Shown here: positions 20,692 to 28,823 of the stretch, one piece after another
Numbering within the stretch: the stretch's first letter is position 1
Layout: every line of letters starts with the position of its first letter
Assembly: GCA_026418195.1 (NCBI GenBank)
Contig: JAOABU010000095.1
Location: forward strand, 17,964 to 81,963
Direction: 5' to 3'
Source of the DNA: Spirochaetota bacterium
GTDB taxonomy: Bacteria > Spirochaetota > Spirochaetia > DTKZ01
DNA: 64,000 bases
Position numbers and translations under genes: made by a program
The notes under the pieces: generated by a model
Seen by the model: the letters and a program-made list of their open reading frames with translations, nothing else
What the model was told of the DNA's origin: nothing
The model's database searches: none

Positions 20692-21450
20692 ATGGTTTCT
20701 ATTCATCAGTTGGAAGCATTAAAGCAGTTCGATGGGCCTACCATCTGTAATGCGCTGGAGTTTTTTTCTATCCGTCCAAAGACAACTGGATTTATGAAAC
20801 CCGAGATCAGGAAGATTTTTCCAACTGAAACAAGAGTTGTTGGGTTTGCCTGTACCGCGAAAATTTCAGCCCTGCATCCTCCAACCGAAGATCAAAAACG
20901 TCTTCAAGAAGCCTACTATAAGGCGGTCTGGGAGACACCTAAACCCACAATTACCGTGATTCAGGATATAGATCCGGAACCCATTGGTTCTTTTTGGGGG
21001 GAAGTGCAGGCAACCATACACCGATACCTGGGGTGCACTGCTGTAATTACTTCAGGAGGTGTACGGGATTTGGATGAAGTGTTTCCCATGGGGTTCGAGT
21101 ATTTTGCCCGTTGCGTCCTCGTGTCTCACGCGTACGTGCACCTGGAAGCGGTCCAATGTCCCGTTCATGTAGGGGGGATTACCGTGGAACCAGGAACCAT
21201 CGTATTCGCCGATAAGCACGGGGTAATACAAATCCCGTTCCAGGTAGTTCCATACCTGCCCGACGCATGTAGGGCAGCTCAAGAAGCGGAGTATCCGGTT
21301 CTTCAGAACTGCCGCAAGGTGATCGAATCTTCCGGAATCCCCATGCAAGGAAGTGGGACGGAGCGGCTTGATTCGCTGATGGCATGGAGGAGAGAGATGG
21401 TGAAACTTCGAGAAGAGGCTACGAAAAAGTTCACCTCTCTCCTACGGTAG
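20692..21450 (+). CDS. RraA-like protein (4-hydroxy-4-methyl-2-oxoglutarate aldolase / RraA family)
   Basis: AVITSGGVRDLDEV resembles the RraA-family G-x-V-R-D motif region. About 250 aa. Confidence 0.5.
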   Translation: MVSIHQLEALKQFDGPTICNALEFFSIRPKTTGFMKPEIRKIFPTETRVVGFACTAKISALHPPTEDQKRLQEAYYKAVWETPKPTITVIQDIDPEPIGSFWGEVQATIHRYLGCTAVITSGGVRDLDEVFPMGFEYFARCVLVSHAYVHLEAVQCPVHVGGITVEPGTIVFADKHGVIQIPFQVVPYLPDACRAAQEAEYPVLQNCRKVIESSGIPMQGSGTERLDSLMAWRREMVKLREEATKKFTSLLR

Positions 21451-21466
21451 ACTTGAATACGCTTCC

Positions 21467-22441
21467 TTACTTTGCTTTCAACTTGTCTTTATATTTCCCG
21501 ATTTGCTCTTTTTGCTTTGCTAAAAGAGTGATCCCTTCATCCCTACCCAGATAGAAGGGAACCTGATCGTATGCTTTTGCTATGTCCTGGGCATATTCCT
21601 GATTGGTAGTGCAGATATTCTTTACGGCAGTGCTCAGTTTCTCTACTATGGGGATTGGGGTGCCCTTGGGGAAGGCAAAAAAGTAGTAGATCTCGAGGGC
21701 CACATCGTACCCTTGCTCTTTGCAAGTAGGAATTTCTGGAAAACGGGGATGCCGTTTTTCGTTGGTTACTCCTAAGGCTCGAAAGTCACCGCTCTGAAGG
21801 AAGGGTTTTGTAGGTCCATACGGATTGGGTACTACATCGATCTGCCCTCCCTTCAGAGCTGCATTCCGAGCAGTGGAACTTCCCGCATCTACCACATTGA
21901 ACTTTGCACCTGCGTCCAAGAATTGCATTGCTAAAACGTAAGTTGTTCCTCCAATGTCAGCAGCAAACTTGATCTCACCTGGCCGTTTGATCGAATCGTC
22001 CACCAACTCTTTCAAGCTTTTCCAGGGAGATTTAGCATTTATTGCAATCACGTTCCCTGGGCTCATGGCAGCGATGCAACTTAATTCGAAATCCTCTACC
22101 CCATAGGGAACCATTTCGGTTACCTGGTTTACGATCATTGCCGTGTGGTAGAACAATACCGTGTATCCGTCGGGAGTAGCATCCTTTGCTTTCCGGCTAC
22201 CGAGAGTGCCCCCAACACCTGCGACATTCACTATTACCACAGGTTGTCCGAGTTCCTTTTCCAAATATTTTGCGTACGCACGGGCATTGAAATCCGTATC
22301 TCCGCCGGGATTGTAAGGTACGATTACCTGAATGGCTTTTTTGGGCCAATCGATACCGGTAGTTTCCTTTTTGCCTGCACAGAACAAGATTCCCGATGCT
22401 ACGAACAGACCAATGATAATAAGGAATGATCGTTTCACCAT
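21467..22441 (-). CDS. TctC/Bug-family tripartite tricarboxylate transporter substrate-binding protein
   Basis: Signal peptide, then IQVIVPYNPGGDTDFNARAYAKYLEKELGQPVVIVNVAGVGGTLG, the canonical TctC fold signature. Confidence 0.85.
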   Translation of the reverse strand: MVKRSFLIIIGLFVASGILFCAGKKETTGIDWPKKAIQVIVPYNPGGDTDFNARAYAKYLEKELGQPVVIVNVAGVGGTLGSRKAKDATPDGYTVLFYHTAMIVNQVTEMVPYGVEDFELSCIAAMSPGNVIAINAKSPWKSLKELVDDSIKRPGEIKFAADIGGTTYVLAMQFLDAGAKFNVVDAGSSTARNAALKGGQIDVVPNPYGPTKPFLQSGDFRALGVTNEKRHPRFPEIPTCKEQGYDVALEIYYFFAFPKGTPIPIVEKLSTAVKNICTTNQEYAQDIAKAYDQVPFYLGRDEGITLLAKQKEQIGKYKDKLKAK

Positions 22442-22481
22442 ATATCCTCCTTGACCGGATTCGTAATAATTAGTCTATGAT

Positions 22482-22495
22482 ACCTGATGTATCAG
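22482..22495. promoter_or_regulatory. Operator-like motif ACCTGATGTATCAG, copy 1 (contains inverted repeat CTGAT-gt-ATCAG)
   Basis: Identical 14-mer occurs twice, 40 nt apart, in the divergent intergenic region of the GntR-linked cluster. Confidence 0.5.
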
Positions 22496-22521
22496 ATAGC
22501 GTCAAGGTAAGATTGACAAGA

Positions 22522-22535
22522 ACCTGATGTATCAG
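22522..22535. promoter_or_regulatory. Operator-like motif ACCTGATGTATCAG, copy 2, directly downstream of a TTGACA -35-like hexamer (22513-22518)
   Basis: Second identical copy. It overlaps the spacer of a putative promoter for the DapA-like gene. Confidence 0.5.
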
Positions 22536-22617
22536 TCATACTGTATGAAAAGACGATTTGGCCATGCCCTGCCTAAGCTGGGAATAAACGAGAAAAAAAC
22601 AAGCAAGGAGAATAGCA

Positions 22618-23508
22618 ATGAACTTCGTACCTAAAGGCATCTTGCCTGCCATGATCACCCCACTTACCAAAGACGGGAAGGTGAATGAAAAGGCTCTGCG
22701 AAAATTGATTCGATATCTTCTGGACGGGGGAGTGCATGGGATCTTTGCCATTGGAACAACAGGAGAGTTTTACGCCCTATCGGAAGAAGAGTATCGAGAT
22801 GTGCTTACCATCACAAAGGATGAGGTGAAGGGGCGAGTGCCTGTGTATGCGGGGGCGAACCATATCACTACCAGAGGCAGTATTCGGCTTGCCCAGATTG
22901 CGGAAGAAGTAGGAGTGGATGCTCTATCAGTGCTAACCCCTATGTTCATCAGTCCTAGTCAGGACCAATTGGTGAAACATTTCACCGATATTGCCCGGAG
23001 TACTAAGCTACCAATCCTTCTGTACAACAATTTGCCTAAAACGGGAGTGACCATCACGGCAACAACGGCAGCCAAGCTGGCAGAGATCCCCAATATTGTA
23101 GGGATAAAGGATTCTACGGGTGACATGACCCTAACAGCGGAGTACATCAGGCTGACCCGGGGAAAGAATTTTCACGTAATGATTGGACGAGACACGCTGA
23201 TACACGCCTGCTTATGTTACGGCGGAACAGGGGCTGTGGCCGCATGTGCCAATGTGGCGCCTCGATTGGTAGCGGATATCTACGACAAGTTTATGGCCGG
23301 CGACCGGGCAGGATCGTTGGAAGCACAATTCAAGTTGGCTCCCTTACGAATCGCTTTCAACCTTGGGACTTTTCCTACAGTGATCAAGGAAGCGCTGGAA
23401 CTGATCGGTATCGAAGCAGGTCCCTGTTTTGATCCAGTTGGGCCAATGAGTGCAGAGGAACGGGAACAACTGAAGAAAATTCTGAAAGAGATGGGGCTTT
23501 TGTCATGA
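22618..23508 (+). CDS. DapA-family class I aldolase/lyase (dihydrodipicolinate synthase / N-acetylneuraminate lyase family)
   Basis: ILPAMITPLTKDGKVNEKALRKLIRYLLDGGVHGIFAIGTTGEFYALSEEE is the DapA-family N-terminus. 296 aa. Confidence 0.85.
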   Translation: MNFVPKGILPAMITPLTKDGKVNEKALRKLIRYLLDGGVHGIFAIGTTGEFYALSEEEYRDVLTITKDEVKGRVPVYAGANHITTRGSIRLAQIAEEVGVDALSVLTPMFISPSQDQLVKHFTDIARSTKLPILLYNNLPKTGVTITATTAAKLAEIPNIVGIKDSTGDMTLTAEYIRLTRGKNFHVMIGRDTLIHACLCYGGTGAVAACANVAPRLVADIYDKFMAGDRAGSLEAQFKLAPLRIAFNLGTFPTVIKEALELIGIEAGPCFDPVGPMSAEEREQLKKILKEMGLLS

Positions 23509-24584
23509 AGAGCGATCAGAATAGAGAATCTGTGCGGGTCCCTGTGGAAAGACTGAAGGGGGCAGTATCCCACGTGTTACAAGCCGCAGGGGTGCCGAAA
23601 CCACAAGCGGATATTGTAGCGAAGGTTCTTCTCTTTGCCGATCAGCGGGGAATAGAGTCCCATGGAGTCTCCAAGCTACCCATCTATGTGAAACGAATCC
23701 AGGATGGGGGGATAGATCCTACTGCAATTCCTCATGTTATTGGAGGAAAGGGAGCAACAGTACGTATCGATGGAAAGAACGCGTTGGGGCCTGTGGCAGG
23801 AGTTTTTGGGATGGAACAAGCCATAGAAGCTGCCCGAAGATACGGGATCGGGGTAGCATCTGTGAAGAACAGTAATCACTTTGGGGTCACTGCTTACTAT
23901 TCCATGATGGCTATTCCCGAAGGGATGATCGGATTTGCGTTTAGTAACGCGAATCCTACCGTAGCTCCCTGGGGTGGGAAGCAGGCAATGGTAGGCACTA
24001 GTCCTTTATCTGTGGCGATCCCATCCGCATCAGGACTGCCTTTTGTGATCGATATGGCTACTACTACTGTTGCTCGGGGGAAGATCATCCTCTATGCTCG
24101 AAACAGGAAGCCCCTTCCCCCTGGTTGGGCACTGGACTCCGAGGGGAGAGAGACTACGGATCCGGAGGTAGCATTGAAAGGGTTGCTTACCCCTCTCGGA
24201 GGCGCAAAAGGATCGGGATTAGCCTTAACCATCGACATTCTCTGTGGGATGGTATCAGGTGCCAAGTACCTGACCGAGGTAGGCCATCTGTATTCCGGGA
24301 CAGATCGACCCCAAGGGATCGGACATCTATTTCTCGCTCTAGAGATCGACGCTTTTCTCCCCAGAAACCAGTTTCTGGAAGAGATGGATCGATATATAGA
24401 CAACATCCATTCCTGTCCGAAGGCCGAAGGAGTGGAACGGATCTATGTTCCAGGAGAACTAGAGTATGAATCCATGAAAAAAACAGAGAAGGAAGGTGTG
24501 GAAGTTTCTACGATTACTCGGGACGAGCTTGTCCAAACCGCAAAAGCTGTGGGAGTAGATCCTGCCATATTCGCCTTTTCCTGA
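23505..24584 (+). CDS. Ldh_2-family (malate/L-lactate/ureidoglycolate-type) dehydrogenase
   Basis: N-terminal region with RGIESHGVSKLPIYVKRIQDGGIDP is typical of the Ldh_2 family. 4-nt overlap with the upstream gene. Confidence 0.8.
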   Translation: MKSDQNRESVRVPVERLKGAVSHVLQAAGVPKPQADIVAKVLLFADQRGIESHGVSKLPIYVKRIQDGGIDPTAIPHVIGGKGATVRIDGKNALGPVAGVFGMEQAIEAARRYGIGVASVKNSNHFGVTAYYSMMAIPEGMIGFAFSNANPTVAPWGGKQAMVGTSPLSVAIPSASGLPFVIDMATTTVARGKIILYARNRKPLPPGWALDSEGRETTDPEVALKGLLTPLGGAKGSGLALTIDILCGMVSGAKYLTEVGHLYSGTDRPQGIGHLFLALEIDAFLPRNQFLEEMDRYIDNIHSCPKAEGVERIYVPGELEYESMKKTEKEGVEVSTITRDELVQTAKAVGVDPAIFAFS

Positions 24585-24602
24585 GACGGGAGAACAAGGG
24601 TA

Positions 24603-25274
24603 ATGGGGAAACGATCGACCCTTCAACTTTCGAAAGAAGAGATACGGTCCCTCACCGAAACCACCTATGAAAAGATCAAACAGGCGATTCTAAAGGGAGT
24701 GTTGGAACCTGGTTCTCGGATCAGTGAGAGGGAGTTGGCTCAGGAAATGGGAGTAAGTACGACTACGGTGAAGCGAGCGTTAGGATTGCTGGCTGTCGAA
24801 GGATTACTGGACATCCGGGCTAGAAGGGGAACGTATGTAGCCTTTCAACCTTCCGGTAACCCACGGGAAACCATGATGATTCGCGCCTCTTTAGAAGGTT
24901 TAGCTGCCCGATTTGCAGCGGAGAAAGCATTGTACGAGGATATAGAAGCGTTGGAGCAGCAATTAAAGGTAATGGAATACCGGACAGAGAAAGGTCCTGT
25001 GAGTGCGCTCGTGGAAGCGAACACCGAGTTCCATTACCTTGTCCATCGAATTGGAAAGAATCCCTATATCATCCGACTCATAGAGATCCTTAAGTCCTTT
25101 GACCTGAACTTTCGCAGAAAGGCGCTTTCCCATAAGGAAGAAGCTCAACGAGGATTGGCAGAACATCGGTCTGTATTCGAAGCGATCCGTGCCCATGACG
25201 GGGAATTAGCAGAACACCGAATGAAAGCTCACATTATCCGCACCTATGATCAGGTGACGATTGGAAACCGGTGA
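24603..25274 (+). CDS. GntR-family transcriptional regulator (FadR/FCD subfamily)
   Basis: N-terminal wHTH (SERELAQEMGVSTTTVKRAL) and a C-terminal FCD-like helical domain. Confidence 0.85.
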   Translation: MGKRSTLQLSKEEIRSLTETTYEKIKQAILKGVLEPGSRISERELAQEMGVSTTTVKRALGLLAVEGLLDIRARRGTYVAFQPSGNPRETMMIRASLEGLAARFAAEKALYEDIEALEQQLKVMEYRTEKGPVSALVEANTEFHYLVHRIGKNPYIIRLIEILKSFDLNFRRKALSHKEEAQRGLAEHRSVFEAIRAHDGELAEHRMKAHIIRTYDQVTIGNR

Positions 25275-25343
25275 ACATACGCTTCTGGTGGTGCAGTGGA
25301 GGAAAGCGCAATGTTGAGAGTATTCGTGACGCTTTAAGTACCC

Positions 25344-25823
25344 TCAAGCTTGTGGGTTGGAGTGAATCTTCTTCATTAAATCTGCCATTTCGATGGCAGA
25401 AAGGGCCGCATCCCATCCCTTGTTGCCTGCTTTGGTACCCGCCCGTTCCACGGCTTGCTCAATGGATTCTGTGGTCAGCACTCCAAAGATCACAGGTATA
25501 GAAGAGGAGAGGGCCGCCTGGGCTATTCCTTTCGCCGCTTCGGAAGCCACGTAATCAAAATGGGGTGTGGCACCCCGGATAATAGCTCCTAAACAAATCA
25601 CTGCGTCGTACTTCCCACTCTTTGCCAGGCTACTGGCGACAAGAGGAATTTCGAAGGATCCAGGGACCCGAACGATGGTGATCCGGTCTGGGCTTCCTTT
25701 GTGCCGGATGATGCAGTCTAACGCTCCCTCTAAAAGGCGCTCAGAGATAAGGGAATTGAACCTGCTTACTATGATGGCGAACTCTTTCCCCTCCGCAGTT
25801 AAATGACCAGCTATTTCGCGCAT
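25344..25823 (-). CDS. ribH: 6,7-dimethyl-8-ribityllumazine synthase
   Basis: [34 protein letters not shown] matches the RibH N-terminus. The start at the listed 25889 would add 22 atypical residues and overlap ribB by 79 nt, so 25823 was chosen (13-nt overlap). Confidence 0.85.
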   Translation of the reverse strand: MREIAGHLTAEGKEFAIIVSRFNSLISERLLEGALDCIIRHKGSPDRITIVRVPGSFEIPLVASSLAKSGKYDAVICLGAIIRGATPHFDYVASEAAKGIAQAALSSSIPVIFGVLTTESIEQAVERAGTKAGNKGWDAALSAIEMADLMKKIHSNPQA

Positions 25824-26497
25824 AAGGCACCTCCTCTGTTGGTTATCGTAGAAAAATATTTTTTTTGTGAACTCCGAGTGTTGATCCAATTCAGGATCCG
25901 TTCTACCGTTATGATCTTCAGTCCATACTGTTCAGCCAGTTTCATTAGTTTTGGGAGTCGTGCCATATTCCCATCCTCGTCCAAGATTTCACAGAGAATT
26001 CCAGAGGGATATAAACCAGCAATTCGACAAAGGTCTACAGTAGCCTCGGTATGACCCTTTCGAGCCAACACCCCACCTTCTCGAGCGATAAGGGGGAAAA
26101 TGTGTCCAGGTCTTAGAAGGTCTTCTGGACGGGTTTGGGGATCGATCAAAGTCCGGATCGTAGTTGCTCGGTCGAAGGCGGAGATCCCGGTGGTAGTTCC
26201 CTCTTTCGCATCTACGCTGACCGTGAAGGCAGTGGTATGGACCGAAGTATTGTCGTTTACCATGAAAGGAAGGGATAGTTCCCATGCCCGCTCTAAGGTT
26301 ATGGCCTGGCACAATAGGCCTCTTCCCACCGTGATGATGAAGTTTACCGCCTCGGGAGTTACCTTTTCCGCTGCCATGACAAAATCTCCCTCGTTCTCTC
26401 GGTCCTCGTTATCCGTCACGATGAGAATCCGGCCGGACCGCAACTCTTCCACAGCTTCCTCCACATCGATCAGGACTTTGTATTTCTGCTCTATCAT
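25811..26497 (-). CDS. ribB: 3,4-dihydroxy-2-butanone 4-phosphate synthase (RibB domain only; no GTP cyclohydrolase II domain)
   Basis: [16 protein letters not shown] ... [19 protein letters not shown]-synthase motifs. Start set at the ATG 26497, preceded by AGGAGG. The C-terminus ends after about 20 extra residues with no RibA domain. Confidence 0.85.
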   Translation of the reverse strand: MIEQKYKVLIDVEEAVEELRSGRILIVTDNEDRENEGDFVMAAEKVTPEAVNFIITVGRGLLCQAITLERAWELSLPFMVNDNTSVHTTAFTVSVDAKEGTTTGISAFDRATTIRTLIDPQTRPEDLLRPGHIFPLIAREGGVLARKGHTEATVDLCRIAGLYPSGILCEILDEDGNMARLPKLMKLAEQYGLKIITVERILNWINTRSSQKKYFSTITNRGGALCAK

Positions 26498-26516
26498 ATG
26501 CTTACCTCCTAAAAGG

Positions 26517-27191
26517 TTATTCTTCAGAATTCGTAGCACTAGAAAACCCATTCCATCCGCGGAAGGATTCCCAGGTAAGGGCATCCCTGCTTTGATGCGT
26601 TTTTAATCCTAAGAACTTTTCCACATAGCGGCCAATGATATCCGTTTCCACGTTCACAAAGTCACCTTCTCTCTTGTATTTCCAGGTGGTCCGTTCTAAG
26701 GTGACAGGAATCAGGTTCACGGAGATAGTGCTTTCCTGGATAGAAGCGATGGTAAGACTGATTCCATCCAGGGCGATGGATCCTTCGGGAACACAGTAGT
26801 GTAGAAGGGAAGGCGACAGAGAAAAGGTGAAATACACGTTGTTCTTCTCCCGTTGGATGGTTTGGATCCGGGCAACTCCACTTACATGACCTTGCACAAA
26901 ATGGCCATCCATCCTTCCATCGAACCGCAGCGCTCGTTCTAAGTTCACCTTAGACCCACTCCGTAGGAATCCCAAAGTTGTTTTTTTAAGACTTTCCGCT
27001 AGGGTGTCTACGATAAAGGAATGGGAGCCGATGTGTTTGATGGTTTGACAAACACCATCGATGGCAATGGAATCCCCTATTTTAGTCCCTGGAAGGATGA
27101 TTTTTGCTTCCACCTCGATCTGTGCCCATCCGCTTCCCAATCGTTCAATGGACCTTACAGTTCCTACTTCTTCGACAATACCGGTAAACAT
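26517..27191 (-). CDS. ribE: Riboflavin synthase alpha subunit
   Basis: MFTGIVEEVGTV N-terminus and two lumazine-binding repeats. Confidence 0.88.
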   Translation of the reverse strand: MFTGIVEEVGTVRSIERLGSGWAQIEVEAKIILPGTKIGDSIAIDGVCQTIKHIGSHSFIVDTLAESLKKTTLGFLRSGSKVNLERALRFDGRMDGHFVQGHVSGVARIQTIQREKNNVYFTFSLSPSLLHYCVPEGSIALDGISLTIASIQESTISVNLIPVTLERTTWKYKREGDFVNVETDIIGRYVEKFLGLKTHQSRDALTWESFRGWNGFSSATNSEE

Positions 27192-27193
27192 GG

Positions 27194-28501
27194 CTACCTC
27201 CGTGAACCGAGGGGGATAGAAATTACCTGATCCATTTCCGGTAGCCTAATTGTCCTTCCTGAAGAGGCGAGAAAAATGGGTGCACCATTCTGCTTGATAG
27301 TAGATAGGCTAGAAGGTACCGCTACCTGAAAGAGTTTTTCATAAAACCCTGGTCTATATCCCTCGATCATAATTTGGTTCCCTATACGACGGAAACGTAT
27401 CCGGTCTAAGCGCAGGTGATCGGAAATTCTTCGAATCCCTAGATCGCCGATTCCCTCGATCCCTTTTCCAATCACCATCGGTGCTAGGAAAAAGCTGATC
27501 CGATCGAATAGGGTTTCCTGTAAAAAGGAGGTGAACACGGAAGCTCCCCCTTCCACCAGGATCGAACGAATTCCAAGGTCTCCCAAGCGGGAAAGCACAA
27601 CCGAAAGAGAAGGACGATGGGAGGTTGCAGGGACCAGGATAACCCGTACACCCAGCTCTTCTAAAGCCTTCCGCTTTTCTTCTATAGGGCCTTTTTCGAT
27701 GGAAGTCTGTTTGGGTGAGACCGATGGGGTAGCAGCAATCACAATGGTGCGGTCTGGATCTTTCGTATGAAAAATCCTCGAAGAGAGGGGGAGTTTCAGA
27801 TGAGTGTCCAGAACGACTCGATAGGGATTCCTACCCGGTACTAGTCTCACGGTTAGCTCCGGATCATCTACCTGAACCGTGTTCTTCCCTACGAGTACTG
27901 CGTCGTAAGTAGATCGAAGTATATGAACCCTTCGACGAGCTCTCTCGTCGGTGATCCATCGAGAATCCCCCTCTAAGGCGGCAATTCGGCCATCGATACT
28001 CTGGGCGATCTTCAGGTGTACGAAGGGTCTATTCATGATTTGATAGGTGAAGAATCCTTCGTTCAAACGAAGGGCTTCCGAAGATAGGATCCCTACGTTC
28101 ACCTCTACACCCGCATCCCGAAGGATCTGGATTCCTTTGCCCCGTACTTGAGGGTTGGGGTCCAGGGTACACACAAAGACTCTAGCGATCCTGTTTCGAA
28201 GAATTAGATCCGTACAAGGAGGTTGGTGCTTCTCGGGCCCTGTGAAACAACAGGGTTCCAAAGTGCAGTAGAGGTCCGCTCCTTCTACCGAATACCCCTT
28301 TTTTTTAGCATCTTCGAAGGCCCAAGCTTCTGCATGCTTTTCCCCGTACTTCCGATGAAACCCTTCCCCGATAATGTTCCCATCTTTCACAAGAACCGCG
28401 CCTACCAACGGATTGGGCGAAACGAATCCATGCCCTTTCCATGCTAATTGTAGAGCTCGTCGGAGAAACTGGGTGGCTTTGTGCGATTCTTTTCCTTCCA
28501 T
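27194..28501 (-). CDS. ribD: Bifunctional diaminohydroxyphosphoribosylaminopyrimidine deaminase / 5-amino-6-(5-phosphoribosylamino)uracil reductase
   Basis: CMP/dCMP-type deaminase zinc motif (HAE...CTLEPC) plus a reductase domain. Start set at the second ATG (28501), 6 nt after AAGGAG. Confidence 0.88.
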   Translation of the reverse strand: MEGKESHKATQFLRRALQLAWKGHGFVSPNPLVGAVLVKDGNIIGEGFHRKYGEKHAEAWAFEDAKKKGYSVEGADLYCTLEPCCFTGPEKHQPPCTDLILRNRIARVFVCTLDPNPQVRGKGIQILRDAGVEVNVGILSSEALRLNEGFFTYQIMNRPFVHLKIAQSIDGRIAALEGDSRWITDERARRRVHILRSTYDAVLVGKNTVQVDDPELTVRLVPGRNPYRVVLDTHLKLPLSSRIFHTKDPDRTIVIAATPSVSPKQTSIEKGPIEEKRKALEELGVRVILVPATSHRPSLSVVLSRLGDLGIRSILVEGGASVFTSFLQETLFDRISFFLAPMVIGKGIEGIGDLGIRRISDHLRLDRIRFRRIGNQIMIEGYRPGFYEKLFQVAVPSSLSTIKQNGAPIFLASSGRTIRLPEMDQVISIPLGSRR

Positions 28502-28559
28502 ACCACACTCCTTCATCAGGGAGTCCGGGTGGAAGGCACCTATAAGGTAGGTTTAGGTC

Positions 28560-28594
28560 AAATAAAAAGCCCTGAAGACCGAAGTCTTCAGGGC
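28560..28594 (-). terminator. Intrinsic terminator/attenuator of the FMN riboswitch expression platform (GCCCTGAAGAC-ttcg-GTCTTCAGGGC + TTTTTATTT on minus)
   Basis: 11-bp perfect stem followed by a U-run, located between the aptamer and the ribD RBS. Confidence 0.75.
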
Positions 28595-28610
28595 GGAATC
28601 GACCTACAAA

Positions 28611-28735
28611 CCGATTTTCTTCCATCCGGACTATACCGTCGGCACCGGAGTTTCACCGGTTCAGTCTTCCAAAAGGAAGAGTCGCGGGCTTTAACCGCCG
28701 GTGGGGACTTGCTGCCCTTTTGGGTAATCGATGGA
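28611..28735 (-). promoter_or_regulatory. FMN riboswitch (RFN element) aptamer
   Basis: Minus strand reads ...GGGCAGCAAGTCCCCACCGGCGGTTAAAGCCCGCGAC...GAACCGGTGAAACTCCGGTGCCGACGGTATAGTCCGGATGGAAGAAAATCGG. This matches the conserved RFN cores (CCGGCGGT-AAAGCCCGCGA, CCGGTG-AA-TCCGG-GCCGACAGTATAGTCTGGATG-GAGAAG). Confidence 0.9.
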
Positions 28736-28779
28736 CAACCCAAATCGCAATGCTCACCCCGCCCTGAAAATCTGAACAC

Positions 28780-28808
28780 ACTGTATAGGGACTTGTGGGT
28801 TGTGTCAA
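28780..28808 (-). promoter_or_regulatory. Sigma70-type promoter TTGACA-17-TACAGT driving the riboswitch-rib operon
   Basis: Perfect -35, 17-nt spacer, 4/6 -10 on the minus strand, about 35 nt upstream of the riboswitch P1. Confidence 0.55.
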
Positions 28809-28823
28809 GATCCAATTCCTATT

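Noticed and set aside
25824-25889. Long N-terminal extension of ribH (start at 25889)
   Set aside because: It adds 22 residues not found in lumazine synthases and overlaps ribB by 79 nt. MREIAGHL aligns with the canonical RibH N-terminus.
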